Below are positions 37,926-47,370 of a stretch of 64,000 nt of DNA, piece after piece (position 1 is the first letter of the stretch; every line of letters starts with the position of its first letter). The position numbers and the translations under genes are program-made. The stretch is from an uncultured Roseivirgaceae bacterium. Its GTDB lineage: Bacteria > Bacteroidota > Bacteroidia > Cytophagales > Cyclobacteriaceae. The DNA lies in contig CAYMFU010000019.1 of the NCBI GenBank assembly GCA_964389805.1, forward strand, positions 5,679-69,678. The letters run 5' to 3'. A model generated the notes under the pieces. That model was given only the letters and a program-made list of their open reading frames with translations. It was not told the origin of the DNA and did not search any database.

Positions 37926-38111
37926 ATGCTCGAATATGCAAAAATGATCTTGAAAAAAGTCAGTTTCGACCGGAGGTTATTTGAAAAAGAATTAATTAAA
38001 GCCCTCAAACTAATTATACCAAATGACCTGAAAGAATTTAAAAACTGGTGCTATGATCAGTTTGGCCATATGTATAATGTTATTCTAAATAAGCACCTTT
38101 CCCATATATAA
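37926..38111 (+). CDS. hypothetical small protein (61 aa)
   Basis: Isolated ORF with a plausible helical sequence (MLEYAKMILKKVSFDRRLFEKELIKALK...). It resembles small conserved Bacteroidota ORFs but I have no firm family assignment. Confidence 0.4.
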   Translation: MLEYAKMILKKVSFDRRLFEKELIKALKLIIPNDLKEFKNWCYDQFGHMYNVILNKHLSHI

Positions 38112-38231
38112 GTCAGATTACTCAGGGCTAAAACTAAAATGAGTACTGAATGACCCAAAAGGTCAATCCTGTGAAGGAATGCATCAGGAAAAGCTATGCC
38201 AATATGAAATACACAAGGCCATAATGGCCAT

Positions 38232-38406
38232 TGAAGAATATTCTCTTTCAATTGGCCTATTGATGTCTTTTAAACCTTCCGGGAAATGAAACAAGAAAAT
38301 TGTGGGATATAATTTCATGAACGAGATCTGAAATTCTTAATGGTTCCATACCGTGTTTTCGGGCATACTTAAATAGGAACTGAAGATGAAATTTAATAAA
38401 CTTCAC
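38232..38406 (-). pseudogene. recO: recO 3'-half relic (frameshifted, no start codon)
   Basis: Aligns to recO at 44984..45160. A 119-nt gapless core (38288..38406 vs 45042..45160) has about 98 identities by hand count. KFIKFHLQFLFKYARKHGMEPLRISDLVHEIISHNFLVS aligns with recO QFMNFHLQFLFKYARYQGIEPMKIADLVHEIESNNFLVS. A net 2-nt deletion then gives a TAG. Weaker similarity may continue down to about 38100. Confidence 0.8.
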
Positions 38407-38468
38407 AGCGATCTGGATTAATTGGATTTTTCCTGCTATTTTGGTAAAGAAGAAATATAACACACATA

Positions 38469-39185
38469 ATGAGTATTGATAAAACAAGTGCATTTATTTT
38501 GGGCATCTTCCTGTTTCTTGGAATGACAGTTTTAGGTTTTATTCTTGGTAAAGCAGCCATTACATTTAAAGAGTACGAACGAACGGTTACGGTTAAAGGA
38601 TTGTCAGAGCGTGAATACGAAGCCGATATAGTTATCTGGCCAATTCAATTTACGGAAGCTAAAAATGATCTGGGACAGTTATACCAATCCATTGAATCCA
38701 GCACCTCAAAGATCAAAACTTTCCTGGAAAACAGCGGCTTGAATACAGATGAGATCTCCTATGCTACACCGGCCATTACGGATAAATCAGCTCAGCAATA
38801 TGGAGGTAGTTCGGTAGTCGAGTTTCGTTACACAGCACTTCAAACTGTTACAGTGTATACTAAAAATGTTAATTCGGTTCGGAAGATCATGGGTTCTCTA
38901 TCCGAATTGGGTAAAGAAGGAATCGTTTTCACCGGTGGTGATTACCAGTCTCAAACAGAGTATGTATTCACCAAATTAAACGAGGTAAAGCCCGAAATGA
39001 TTGAAGAAGCCACCAGAAAGGCAAGAGAAGTTGCCCAGAAATTTGCCACCGACTCCCAAAGTAAACTGGGTAAGATAAAAAAGGCTTATCAGGGACAATT
39101 CAGCATATATCCCAGAGATAAGAATAATCCTCATATTAAAAAAGTGCGCGTAGTTTCTACCATTGAATATTATTTATCCGATTAA
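38469..39185 (+). CDS. SIMPL (DUF541) domain protein, N-terminal membrane anchor
   Basis: N-terminal TM helix followed by ERTVTVKGLSEREYEADIVIWPIQF... and a C-terminal ...QFSIYPRD...VRVVSTIEYYL pattern characteristic of SIMPL/YggE-like proteins. Confidence 0.7.
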   Translation: MSIDKTSAFILGIFLFLGMTVLGFILGKAAITFKEYERTVTVKGLSEREYEADIVIWPIQFTEAKNDLGQLYQSIESSTSKIKTFLENSGLNTDEISYATPAITDKSAQQYGGSSVVEFRYTALQTVTVYTKNVNSVRKIMGSLSELGKEGIVFTGGDYQSQTEYVFTKLNEVKPEMIEEATRKAREVAQKFATDSQSKLGKIKKAYQGQFSIYPRDKNNPHIKKVRVVSTIEYYLSD

Positions 39186-39241
39186 ATCAATTTATTTGAC
39201 ATTTGAAAATCTTTCACATCGGATGTATGGCTCCGGAATGA

Positions 39242-40549
39242 TCATTCTATCAGTTTTCCGGCAATCAGCAAAAGATCAATCTCCCCGGTTTTAATGGAAT
39301 AGGCAGCATCCAGAAGGCGGAGGTTTGCTTCCAGCATAGTGATCTGGGCTTGCCGTAATTCAAGTTGTGATGAATTTCCCACCCGGTATCGCTCAATGGC
39401 TATCTCATTATTCTCTCTGGCGACTTCACTATTTACCAGCTCCAGTTCTCTGAGCTGGATGTTGTTTTGATAACTGATAAAAATAGAATACAGTTCCCTT
39501 TCAAGATTAAGCTTTATAGCTTCATAATTAAATTTAGAATTTTCTGCCGATATTTTGGCATTTTGTATCCTTCGGTTCAGATTGAAACCATCAAACAGAT
39601 TCCAGGCGGCAGAGACTCCATATGTAATTCCACTTGACCGGCGGTTAAGAAGAAATCCAGCCTGCGCCTCTGATCTTCCATAGTTGTATCCCAGGTTCAC
39701 ACCGATTGAAGGAATACGGTCACCAAATAGTTCTTTCTGTACTAATCTTGATGCGTTCATCTCATAACCTGCCGCCAGCAATTCAGGATTATTTCCATCC
39801 AGGGCAGCTTCCAACTCCTCATATTTCAAACCGGTGTTCAAATCCGGATCAAAAATCACATGAAAATCGAGGGTTACGTCACGGCCCATTAGTTCGTTTA
39901 GGGCAGTCTTTGAAGCAGCCAGACTTTCCTGCTGTATCATATAGAACGACTTATCCCTGTTCAGGTCGACCTGGGCTTGCAGGTATTCAATTTTTGAAGC
40001 TTTGCCAAAATCATATTTGTTTTTTGCGATCTCCAATCGATCTTCCGACAATCCAATGTTTTCCATAAGGAGTTCCAGCCTGATTTGTTCCAGGGCAACC
40101 GTATAAAACTCCCTGGCAATTTGTGCCACAATGTTCTGGATCATGGATTCTGTTAAAGCAGTCCCTTGTTTTTCAAGTTCCTCCAACCGGTTTTTAGTAT
40201 GGAACATGGTTGTGCCATCGAATAAGGTCCAATTAAATAATGCAGAGGCTGATAAGTTATTTGACTTGGCCCCATCTCTATTTTGTTCGTCCCCACTTAT
40301 AAATGTTTGGGAGGTATTTTCAATAGTATACCTTTGAGCTGCAGTGGCATTAAGGGTTGGTAAAAAACCTGCATTCCCAACCGTATTGTTATTCTCAGCG
40401 ATCTGTTTCTGACCTTTGGATATTTTGATATTGAAATTGTTTGCCAATCCTATTTGTATAGCTGTCGATAATTCTAGCGTATCCTGAGCCTGGATTTGCA
40501 GGCACTTAATGAAAAATAATATGCTTAGGATTAAGTGGTGTCTTTTCAT
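39242..40549 (-). CDS. TolC-family outer-membrane efflux protein
   Basis: Signal peptide, two-repeat coiled-coil/beta architecture and typical TLELSTAIQIGLANNFNIK opening. Last gene of the efflux operon. Confidence 0.88.
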   Translation of the reverse strand: MKRHHLILSILFFIKCLQIQAQDTLELSTAIQIGLANNFNIKISKGQKQIAENNNTVGNAGFLPTLNATAAQRYTIENTSQTFISGDEQNRDGAKSNNLSASALFNWTLFDGTTMFHTKNRLEELEKQGTALTESMIQNIVAQIAREFYTVALEQIRLELLMENIGLSEDRLEIAKNKYDFGKASKIEYLQAQVDLNRDKSFYMIQQESLAASKTALNELMGRDVTLDFHVIFDPDLNTGLKYEELEAALDGNNPELLAAGYEMNASRLVQKELFGDRIPSIGVNLGYNYGRSEAQAGFLLNRRSSGITYGVSAAWNLFDGFNLNRRIQNAKISAENSKFNYEAIKLNLERELYSIFISYQNNIQLRELELVNSEVARENNEIAIERYRVGNSSQLELRQAQITMLEANLRLLDAAYSIKTGEIDLLLIAGKLIE

Positions 40550-40580
40550 TATATATGTTCATTCAGATTTCATAAATTGT

Positions 40581-43500
40581 CTATAACCTTGACATTCTAC
40601 CTTTTTTACCGGTCAGGTAACTGTAAATAGCCGGTATTACAAATAGGGTCAAGATGGTAGAAAAAATCAATCCGCCAATTACCGCGATTCCCATGGAAAC
40701 CCTGCTTTCTGCACCTGCACCAAGTGCCAGCGCAATAGGCAATATACCCAATACTGTGGAAAGGCTTGTCATTAAAATGGGGCGGAACCGGGCTCTGGCA
40801 GCCCCAACTATAGAATCATATATATTCATTCCTGCTGCTTTCCGTTGATTAGCGAATTCAACAATCAATATGCCATTTTTAGACACGAGACCTATCAGCA
40901 TGATGATACCGATCTGACTGAAAATGTTAAGTGTTTCTCCAAAATACCATAACGACAATAAGGTCCCTGTCAGGGCCAGGGGAACAGTAAACATAATAAT
41001 CAATGGATCTCTGAAGCTTTCGAATTGAGCCGAAAGAACCAGGTAAATCAAGATCAAAGCAAAGGCAAAAGCAAAATACAGATTACCGGAACTTTCCTGG
41101 AATTCCTTGGATTGACCTGCTAAAGCTGTAGAGTAAGTTTCATCCAGAACTTCAGCTGCTATTCGGTCCATAGCGGCTAATCCTTCCCCCAATTTCGTAC
41201 CAGGGGAAAGGTTGGCAGTAACGGTAGCAGAAGCAAAACGATTGTAACGGTACAATTGAGGAGGTGAAGATTGTTCTTCCATACTAATCACGTTGTCCAA
41301 CTGTATTAGGGAGCCATTATTGCTCCTGACATAAAGTGACCTTAGATCGAGAGGATCATTTCTGTTTTCCTTCGTCACCTGTCCAATCACATAATATTGT
41401 TTTCCATTCATTACGAAATATCCAAATCGTTGCCCACTCAGTCCAAGTTGCAGGGTTTGAGCAACATCTCTCACGGAAACCCCCATACTTCGGGCCTTTT
41501 CACGGTTGATCTCGATCTTTACTTCTGGTTTTGTGAATTTCAGATTTACTTCCACAAATTGAAATGCCGGATCCGCACTGGATTTATCCAGAAATTCAGG
41601 TAATACCTCTTTAAGTTTTTCCAAGGTAGGAGCCTGGATAACATATTGGACAGGAAGTCCTGATCGACGGGAACCTATAGATTGAGGTTCTATCATAAAA
41701 CCACGTGCCATAGTGATTTCATTTATTTGGGGCCTCATTCGGTTGACAATTTGCGTTTGTGTTTCCTGTCGTTCATCGGCATCAACCAGCTTTGCGAACA
41801 TCATGGCTGAATTGGAAGAGCCTCCCCCAAATCCAGGTGAAGTGATAGAAACAATATTTTCTATTTCAGGAACCTCTTCTTCAATAACCTCCAATACCTT
41901 CGTTACATAAACATCCATATATTCAAAGGAGGCTCCTTCCGGCCCGGTGGCCATTAATCTGAACATCGACCGGTCCTCCATGGGAGACAATTCATTCGGT
42001 ATTATTCTTATAAAATGATAAATGCCAAGTCCGGCCATCAATATGATAATAAATGCCATCCATCTTCTTCTCATAAATCCTTCAAGAACACTTGCATACT
42101 GATTATTCAGCCATACGAAAAATGGTTCGGTCAGATTATAAAAAATATTATGCTTTTCCCGCCTCTTTAAAATTCTAGATGAAAGCATGGGCGTGAGTGA
42201 TAAGGCTACAAAGGAAGAAATGATCACGGCAAAAGATACAACAATACCGAATTCCCTGAACAAGCGTCCAGTGAGTCCTTGTAAAAATATTACCGGAAGA
42301 AAAACGGAAGCAAGCGCCACAGTTGTAGACACTACCGCGAAGAAAATTTCCTTGGCACCCTGAAATGCAGCTTCCATGGGCGGTTTACCGGATTCGATCT
42401 TGGTATAAATATTCTCCAATACGACAATGGCATCATCTACAACAAGACCGATCGCAAGGACGATACCCAACATAGTAAGCACATTTATAGAAAATCCTGC
42501 CAGATACATTACAAAAAATGTTCCGATAAGAGAAATAGGAATGGTTATAACGGGTATTAATGTTGTTCTCCAATCTCTCAAAAAGAAGAAAATGATCAAT
42601 ACCACCAGAGAAAAAGCCAGATATATGGTCTGCTGTACCTCAGCAATAGAATCCCGGATGTATTCCGTTGTATCAAATCCAATGTAAGTATGTAGATCTT
42701 GTGGCAGGTCTTTCTTTATTAACTCCCATCTTTTATAAAATTCCTCTGCTATTTCAAGATTATTTGATCCTGGTTGTGGAACAATAGCGTTTATTACCAT
42801 AGGAACGCCATTACTTCTTAATATGGAACGATCGTTTTCAGGGTAAAATTCTGCACGGCCTATATCCCTGAATTTTACGATGATATCACCTTGTTCCTTG
42901 ACAATCAATTCATTAAATTCCTCCGGTGAAGATAATCGTCCATGGGTTCGGATGGTTAGCTCCATACTGCTGCCTTCCAATACACCTGTTGGTAACTCCA
43001 GGTTCTGCGAATTAACCGCCGTAAAAATATCCAGGGGTGTAAGTTCATATGCCGCCAGCCTGTTTGGATCCATCCAGAGGCGGATGGAATATTTTCTTTC
43101 TCCGTATATCATAATCTGGCTAACACCCGGAATCGTTTGAAACCGCTCCTTAAAAACGTTATTGGCTATATCCGACAATTCCATTAAATTCCTTCGTTCG
43201 CTGGAGATCATCAACATCAAAATAGGACTAGTGTCCGCATCTGCTTTGGTAACTATTGGTGGATCAGCATCCGGTGGCAATTGACGCATGGCACGGGAAA
43301 CCCTATCCCGTACGTCATTGGCGGCTGCTTCCAGATTGGATTCCAGATCAAACTCAACGGTAATTGAGCTTCTACCATCGCGGCTAGAAGAAGAAAGCGT
43401 TTTGATACCTTCAATCCCATTGATGGATTCTTCCAGAGGTTCTGTAATTTGAGTCTCAATAACCTCTGCATTGGCCCCGACATAAGAGGTTGAAACAGTG

Positions 43501-43643
43501 ATGATTGGAGGATCGACACTCGGATACTCCCTGATTCCCAGAAAAAAAAAGCCGATAATACCAAATATCAGTATAGTAAGGGATAACACAATGGCCAGTA
43601 CCGGCCGATTGATACTAATTCTGGATAGACTTGCCATACTCAC
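40581..43643 (-). CDS. RND efflux transporter permease (AcrB/HAE1-like)
   Basis: 1020 aa with RPVLAIVLSL opening, conserved TM4 GLVVDDAIVVLENI and 12-TM two-loop architecture. Confidence 0.95.
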   Translation of the reverse strand: MSMASLSRISINRPVLAIVLSLTILIFGIIGFFFLGIREYPSVDPPIITVSTSYVGANAEVIETQITEPLEESINGIEGIKTLSSSSRDGRSSITVEFDLESNLEAAANDVRDRVSRAMRQLPPDADPPIVTKADADTSPILMLMISSERRNLMELSDIANNVFKERFQTIPGVSQIMIYGERKYSIRLWMDPNRLAAYELTPLDIFTAVNSQNLELPTGVLEGSSMELTIRTHGRLSSPEEFNELIVKEQGDIIVKFRDIGRAEFYPENDRSILRSNGVPMVINAIVPQPGSNNLEIAEEFYKRWELIKKDLPQDLHTYIGFDTTEYIRDSIAEVQQTIYLAFSLVVLIIFFFLRDWRTTLIPVITIPISLIGTFFVMYLAGFSINVLTMLGIVLAIGLVVDDAIVVLENIYTKIESGKPPMEAAFQGAKEIFFAVVSTTVALASVFLPVIFLQGLTGRLFREFGIVVSFAVIISSFVALSLTPMLSSRILKRREKHNIFYNLTEPFFVWLNNQYASVLEGFMRRRWMAFIIILMAGLGIYHFIRIIPNELSPMEDRSMFRLMATGPEGASFEYMDVYVTKVLEVIEEEVPEIENIVSITSPGFGGGSSNSAMMFAKLVDADERQETQTQIVNRMRPQINEITMARGFMIEPQSIGSRRSGLPVQYVIQAPTLEKLKEVLPEFLDKSSADPAFQFVEVNLKFTKPEVKIEINREKARSMGVSVRDVAQTLQLGLSGQRFGYFVMNGKQYYVIGQVTKENRNDPLDLRSLYVRSNNGSLIQLDNVISMEEQSSPPQLYRYNRFASATVTANLSPGTKLGEGLAAMDRIAAEVLDETYSTALAGQSKEFQESSGNLYFAFAFALILIYLVLSAQFESFRDPLIIMFTVPLALTGTLLSLWYFGETLNIFSQIGIIMLIGLVSKNGILIVEFANQRKAAGMNIYDSIVGAARARFRPILMTSLSTVLGILPIALALGAGAESRVSMGIAVIGGLIFSTILTLFVIPAIYSYLTGKKGRMSRL

Positions 43644-43646
43644 TCA

Positions 43647-44711
43647 TCAGTTAACAATGGTTAAATTAACAGGCATACCGTGCCGGATCTGTAAAATACC
43701 AGTGGTAATTACCGTATCACCGGGATGTATGCCCTGTGTTATATGAACATCATCCTCGGTACGTAATCCGATCTCAACTTCTTCCTGACTTACAAGGTCA
43801 TTTTTAAAGGTATAGACCTTATGGCTGTTTAATTCGGGAATAACAGATTCCGATGGGACCATTAAAGCATTCGGTATTACATCCAGAATATAATCAATAT
43901 TAGCGAACTGCCCTGGATATAAAATTTCCTCATCATTTTTGCAAATGGCCCTGATTTGAAGTGTCCTGGTTCGTGGATCAATTCGTGGTTCTACAGCATA
44001 AATTATGCCTGTAAATATACGCTTAGATGATTCAACCATAAATTTGATTGAATCTCCCATATCCACCAGTGAGGTATATTTTCCAGGAACAGAAAACTCT
44101 ATTTTTATTGGATTGACATTATAGATATTGGCTACAAGATCGGAAGGCGAAATGTAACTGCCTTCGCTAACCTGTCTTAAGCCAATAATACCATCAAATG
44201 GGGCATATATTTTATGTTTCGCAATTCGGGCTTCCCGTTCTTTGATATCACTGAGGATTGTATTTAATGTCGTAAGGGCAATTTCATATTCTTCACGGCT
44301 GATCGCCTCTTTTTCCAGCAACTGTCTCATCCTGTATTCAATATCCTCATTCAATTTCTGAGTATATTTTAACCGTTCCATTTGTGCGTATATTTCATCA
44401 TCATTAATGGTAAGCAACAGATCATGCTTTTTAACACGCTGTCCCTCCTGAAAGTAGATCCCTTGAATTTTCCCGGATATCTCACTTCTTAAAGCAACAG
44501 ACTCATTAGCGATGATGGCGCCGGTAATTTTTATAATATTTTCAATACGTTGGGGATGGATTATTTTCGCCTCCACTGGCACGAGTGAGCTTCCACGTGG
44601 GGACGCCATTACGGGCCCTTTCTCGGCTGGTTTTAATTTCGGGTATAGAATCAGTCCTATAATAATTATGGCAATTATTACAAAAAGAACTGATTTTAAA
44701 ACTTTATTCAT
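43647..44711 (-). CDS. RND efflux periplasmic adaptor (membrane fusion protein)
   Basis: N-terminal anchor, lipoyl/hairpin/beta-barrel pattern (GKIQGIYFQEGQRVKKHDLL...APFDGIIG). Located 3 nt upstream of the RND gene. Confidence 0.9.
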   Translation of the reverse strand: MNKVLKSVLFVIIAIIIIGLILYPKLKPAEKGPVMASPRGSSLVPVEAKIIHPQRIENIIKITGAIIANESVALRSEISGKIQGIYFQEGQRVKKHDLLLTINDDEIYAQMERLKYTQKLNEDIEYRMRQLLEKEAISREEYEIALTTLNTILSDIKEREARIAKHKIYAPFDGIIGLRQVSEGSYISPSDLVANIYNVNPIKIEFSVPGKYTSLVDMGDSIKFMVESSKRIFTGIIYAVEPRIDPRTRTLQIRAICKNDEEILYPGQFANIDYILDVIPNALMVPSESVIPELNSHKVYTFKNDLVSQEEVEIGLRTEDDVHITQGIHPGDTVITTGILQIRHGMPVNLTIVN

Positions 44712-44742
44712 AGGTTATACAATCTATTAAAACCTCACCAAG

Positions 44743-44760
44743 TACAATTGAGCAGTTGTA
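44743..44760. promoter_or_regulatory. imperfect 18-bp palindrome upstream of the efflux operon (candidate operator)
   Basis: TACAATTGAGCAGTTGTA (half-sites match 7 of 8) lies 32-49 nt upstream of the adaptor start codon. No regulator gene is adjacent. Confidence 0.2.
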
Positions 44761-44854
44761 TAAATTTCATCATTAATTCTGAAGAAATTCTGTTTTCAAA
44801 TCATTTTATGTAATTAATTATAAAATCCTAAAATGCTATCATGTTGTAGATCTT

Positions 44855-45547
44855 TCATTCACCAAAAACTTCCATTAGAACCTTATAAGATTTAAGTTCC
44901 TTTAGCTGATCAAAATGTATCTGGTAAAAAAGAATGATGGCAGATATTAATTTTCTTCGCAAGTCATTTGAGATAACAACTTCTGAAGAATATTCACTTT
45001 CAATAAGCCGGTCGATATCCTTAAAGTCTTTCCGGAAAATAGAAACAAGAAAATTGTTGGATTCAATTTCATGCACGAGATCTGCTATTTTCATGGGTTC
45101 AATACCCTGGTATCGGGCATACTTGAAAAGGAATTGAAGATGAAAATTCATAAATTGCACATCCCTTTCATCGTAAAATAAAAGAGATTCTTCTAGAAAG
45201 TTATACAATTCAGGATTGGCCTCTTCTTCTCTTAATGTTTTATATAACATTTCTGTAATAAACAAAGCGACTGAAGATTTGATAACATTGTAAGGGATTG
45301 ATTTGTATGGATGCCAGCACTTGATTTCGGATATCCTGTTTATCTCAGCATGGTTTTTATTATAAACGACCATATCCAAAAGGGTCAACGGTTGAAAATA
45401 CGAAATTGGGTACCTGGGTTTGCTTGACCTTACATTGTTTATAATATAGCTTTTCAGCCCAAATTGGGCTGTGTAAATCCTGGCTATCACAGACGATTCC
45501 CTGAATTTTATAAAATTAAATACTATACCCTTTGTCTTTTGCTTCAT
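44855..45547 (-). CDS. recO: DNA repair protein RecO
   Basis: N-terminal OB-fold opening KTKGIVFNFIKFRESSVIARIYT; 230 aa. The position next to tdk and the overall pattern fit Bacteroidota RecO. Confidence 0.85.
   Translation of the reverse strand: MKQKTKGIVFNFIKFRESSVIARIYTAQFGLKSYIINNVRSSKPRYPISYFQPLTLLDMVVYNKNHAEINRISEIKCWHPYKSIPYNVIKSSVALFITEMLYKTLREEEANPELYNFLEESLLFYDERDVQFMNFHLQFLFKYARYQGIEPMKIADLVHEIESNNFLVSIFRKDFKDIDRLIESEYSSEVVISNDLRRKLISAIILFYQIHFDQLKELKSYKVLMEVFGE
44984..45160 (-). repeat. recO-internal segment present as a diverged direct repeat at 38232..38406
   Basis: See the pseudogene entry. Same strand, roughly 82% identity in the 119-nt core by hand count. Confidence 0.8.
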
Positions 45548-45571
45548 CGGCTAAACTCTTCCTGAAAGAAA

Positions 45572-46171
45572 CTATTTCGAATGTTTTTCCGATTCATTAT
45601 AACAGGCTCTGCAGAGCGGTTCATAGGTTTCCCTTTCGCCAACTACAACAGTATTTTTATCCATTGTTAACCTATGTGAATAAACTGCAATGGCCCCGCA
45701 TCTAATGCAAATTGGATGTACTTTGGTAACAAATTCAGCAACTGCCATTAAAGCAGGCATCGGCCCAAAAGGCTTACCCATATAATCCATGTCAAGTCCG
45801 GCAATAATTATCCGCTTCCCCTGATCCGCCAGTTTTGTAGCAACATCCACCAGGTGTTCATCAAAGAACTGAGCTTCATCAATTCCAACTACATCTGAGT
45901 TACCTGCTAGTAATAATATATCCTGAGAAAAATTGACGGGTGTAGACCGGATCTGGGTCTCATTATGCGACACTACATATTTATCATGGTAACGCGTATC
46001 AATTACCGGTTTAAAAATCTCTACCTGCTGCCTGGCAATGATAGCCCTGTTCAGCCTCCGGATCAATTCCTCGGTTTTACCAGAAAACATTGCCCCAGCA
46101 ATAACTTCTACCCATCCAGTATTTTGTAAAGGGCCCTTATTTTTATTACCTAAATTGGGTTCGACAAACAT
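45572..46171 (-). CDS. tdk: thymidine kinase
   Basis: P-loop [23 protein letters not shown], and C-terminal zinc ribbon CxxC...CRACY. Confidence 0.95.
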   Translation of the reverse strand: MFVEPNLGNKNKGPLQNTGWVEVIAGAMFSGKTEELIRRLNRAIIARQQVEIFKPVIDTRYHDKYVVSHNETQIRSTPVNFSQDILLLAGNSDVVGIDEAQFFDEHLVDVATKLADQGKRIIIAGLDMDYMGKPFGPMPALMAVAEFVTKVHPICIRCGAIAVYSHRLTMDKNTVVVGERETYEPLCRACYNESEKHSK

Positions 46172-46335
46172 GTATTATAATCCTATGGAGATAACAAATT
46201 CTGTTTTGCAGAATTGCAATTCTAACTTATAACCAATATATTATTCACATTATACGAATAAAGCACATCGATTATACATAATTGAAATAATATTTCGTTT
46301 TTTTATAAAGTTAGTTATAATGCTAAAGTATTGAT

Positions 46336-47370
46336 ATGGAAACCGCTATTAATCATGACTATATAAATTCCTATGCCGAAGCGTATACCAATAGGATTGT
46401 GGATAGATATTTCTCCGAAAATTCAATTATAGATGGTGAAAATATCCTGTCCATAACTGAATTCAGACAGATCAATTTATTTGTTATAAAGAATATAATG
46501 GTAAAGTGGCAGGTAGAAGCAAAAAAAATACGAAGTCCATTCTTTAATTATAACAGTCCTGAAGTCCAGAATGCTTTACAGGATTTTATGAATGTGCTTT
46601 CAAAGAACATTTCCGTAGAGCAGAAAGTATTCGCACCATTATTGAAGATGGCCATTACTGATGTTTTGATATTGATTTTTTCACCCTACGATTTCTTTTC
46701 AAACGAATTGCTGAATATAGGCACGCCAATAACTCTTGCCGAACTGGAAAAGAGAAAAAAGTTCATAAAAATCAACAGCGAACTATACAATGCCTATGTG
46801 CAGAAGATTGAAGAAAAGGGCACTGATACTATGCAGATAAAAGAAGCAAAACAATATTTTGACCAGGTTTGTGAAGATATAAATTTTTCACCTGAGGAAC
46901 CGGACGAGTATATCAGCTTGTTCTCAAAAGAAATCCAATTTGAACTCAAAAAGGTATATGCTGAAGTTGAAAATGAACCACCCCAGGAGGAGAGTGAAAC
47001 AAAAACTGCAACAGATTCAGACGAGGAGAAAGTGCCTATTCATGAAAAATATTTTCAGCAGAAAGCCACCCTTGTAGATGAACTGAAGAAAGAACCTGCA
47101 AGTACAGTTCTTGACTTTCATCAGAAACAAAAGATTGACAGCATAAAGAAAAACATATCCATTCAGCAAAGATTCAGGTTTGTAAGGGAGCTGTTCAGTG
47201 AGAACGATGAACTGTTCACCGAAGTCATTGAATTGCTGGATAATTGCAGCAGTAATGAGGAAGCCATTTCATATATAAATGAAAAATTCCTCAACAGTGG
47301 TCAATGGAATGGTGAAGATGAGGCAGTCGAGGAATTTCTTTCTGTGGTGAACAAAAAGTTCCCTGGTTAA
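46336..47370 (+). CDS. hypothetical protein (344 aa, acidic middle region)
   Basis: Long uncontested ORF with no family recognised. Its stop overlaps the convergent rodA stop in TTAA. Confidence 0.6.
   Translation: METAINHDYINSYAEAYTNRIVDRYFSENSIIDGENILSITEFRQINLFVIKNIMVKWQVEAKKIRSPFFNYNSPEVQNALQDFMNVLSKNISVEQKVFAPLLKMAITDVLILIFSPYDFFSNELLNIGTPITLAELEKRKKFIKINSELYNAYVQKIEEKGTDTMQIKEAKQYFDQVCEDINFSPEEPDEYISLFSKEIQFELKKVYAEVENEPPQEESETKTATDSDEEKVPIHEKYFQQKATLVDELKKEPASTVLDFHQKQKIDSIKKNISIQQRFRFVRELFSENDELFTEVIELLDNCSSNEEAISYINEKFLNSGQWNGEDEAVEEFLSVVNKKFPG

Noticed and set aside
38057-38251. 64-aa minus-strand ORF next to the recO relic
   Set aside because: It lies in the decayed continuation of the recO relic and overlaps the small plus-strand ORF. 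Part of it (FPDAFLHRIDLLGHSVL) may be a degenerate recO C-terminus, but the similarity is too weak to call by eye.
38257-38493. 78-aa minus-strand ORF from the track
   Set aside because: It is not an independent gene. Its C-terminal two-thirds is the recO relic, and its N-terminus overlaps the SIMPL start and promoter.
43542-43550. A9/T9 homopolymer encoding FFF near the RND permease N-terminus
   Set aside because: A/T runs of this length are expected in an AT-rich genome and code for a normal TM-helix Phe cluster. There is no evidence of phase variation.
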